A DNA stretch of 16,589 nucleotides. Source: an uncultured Aquificales bacterium. Its GTDB lineage: Bacteria > Thermosulfidibacterota > Thermosulfidibacteria > Thermosulfidibacterales > Thermosulfidibacteraceae. Shown in pieces: positions 16,158 through 16,589 of this stretch. Below the pieces are notes generated by a model, which saw only the letters and a list, made by a program, of their open reading frames with translations, searched no databases and had not been told where the DNA came from. The position numbers and the translations under genes were made by a program. Location: NCBI GenBank assembly GCA_964453345.1, contig CAYVOC010000030.1, positions 1 to 16,589 of the forward strand, read 5' to 3'. The number at the start of each line of letters is the position of its first letter. Within the stretch, counting starts at the first letter, position 1.

Positions 16158-16589
16158 TCACACCACCTCCGGATTCAGGGCCTCAAGGTAATCCCCGCCC
16201 ATCTTCACAAGCAGAACGCCTCGCTTGGTGGCGTAGTTTACCAGGTGCTCCGGGATTCTTAAGGCTGCAAGAACAGGCTTTATGGGGAGATCCCGCCTCA
16301 TCCCGATCTCCCTGTAAAGTTCGCACTGTTTTTTGAGCTGCTCGAAGTGCTTCTCCTCCAGCTTGCTCTTCACCTCACAGAGAAACAGCAGCTCACGCCC
16401 GTTCTTTTCGGCTACGACCGCCACATCAAACTCACCGCACCTTCCGTCGGCAAGCTTCACTTCCTCATTGACCCACATGCTCTTTACCCGAAAGCCCAGC
16501 TTTTCAAGCAGATAGGGAACGCCGGGGGCCAGTATATCCTCTGCGAGGGTGCCAAGCCGCTCCGAAATCCCCTCCAGCTTGCGGGTGAG
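16158..16589 (-). CDS. PD-(D/E)XK nuclease-like protein (DUF3782-like family), 5'-truncated by window edge
   Basis: The frame is open to the window end: LTRKLEGISERLGTLAEDILAPGVPYLL...GEFDVAVV...FLCEVKSKL. The E...D...EVK catalytic pattern follows an LGTLAED motif. Confidence 0.65.
   Translation of the reverse strand, partial: LTRKLEGISERLGTLAEDILAPGVPYLLEKLGFRVKSMWVNEEVKLADGRCGEFDVAVVAEKNGRELLFLCEVKSKLEEKHFEQLKKQCELYREIGMRRDLPIKPVLAALRIPEHLVNYATKRGVLLVKMGGDYLEALNPEVV

Noticed and set aside
1-16589. Remaining short ORFs in the track; CRISPR, tRNA/rRNA and IS elements
   Set aside because: The short ORFs overlap well-supported genes in other frames and lack motifs. Intergenic gaps are at most ~150 bp, with no repeat arrays, RNA-gene signatures or transposase motifs.

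Overview
Gene-dense chromosomal window from a diderm (LPS-making: waaA) and probably thermophilic anaerobic bacterium. Thermophily is inferred only from AGG/AGA/ATA codon use and E/K-rich proteins. Left (+): zinc-ribbon Nudix hydrolase (5'-truncated), then an aldehyde dehydrogenase ending in a hairpin terminator. Centre (-): a tightly packed run of nadK, a ferritin-like diiron/FNT-channel fusion, an SDR, a small Zn-ribbon protein, an octaheme HAO-family cytochrome, a Csd6-C-like exported protein, a substrate-binding protein and a Cache/GGDEF diguanylate cyclase. Right (-): a PD-(D/E)XK-like protein (truncated), waaA, a HAD hydrolase, ftsH, folP and cdaA, with a small secreted twin-CX3C protein on + between the two blocks. 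The standout is the 425-aa fusion of an intact bacterioferritin-type diiron centre to a YfdC-like formate/nitrite channel. It lies three genes upstream of a reductive-type octaheme HAO (Trp at the cross-link Tyr position), which suggests a possible undescribed nitrite/NO (or sulfide/iron) handling module. No rRNA, tRNA, CRISPR or IS element was seen. All family assignments come from motif recognition, not database searches.
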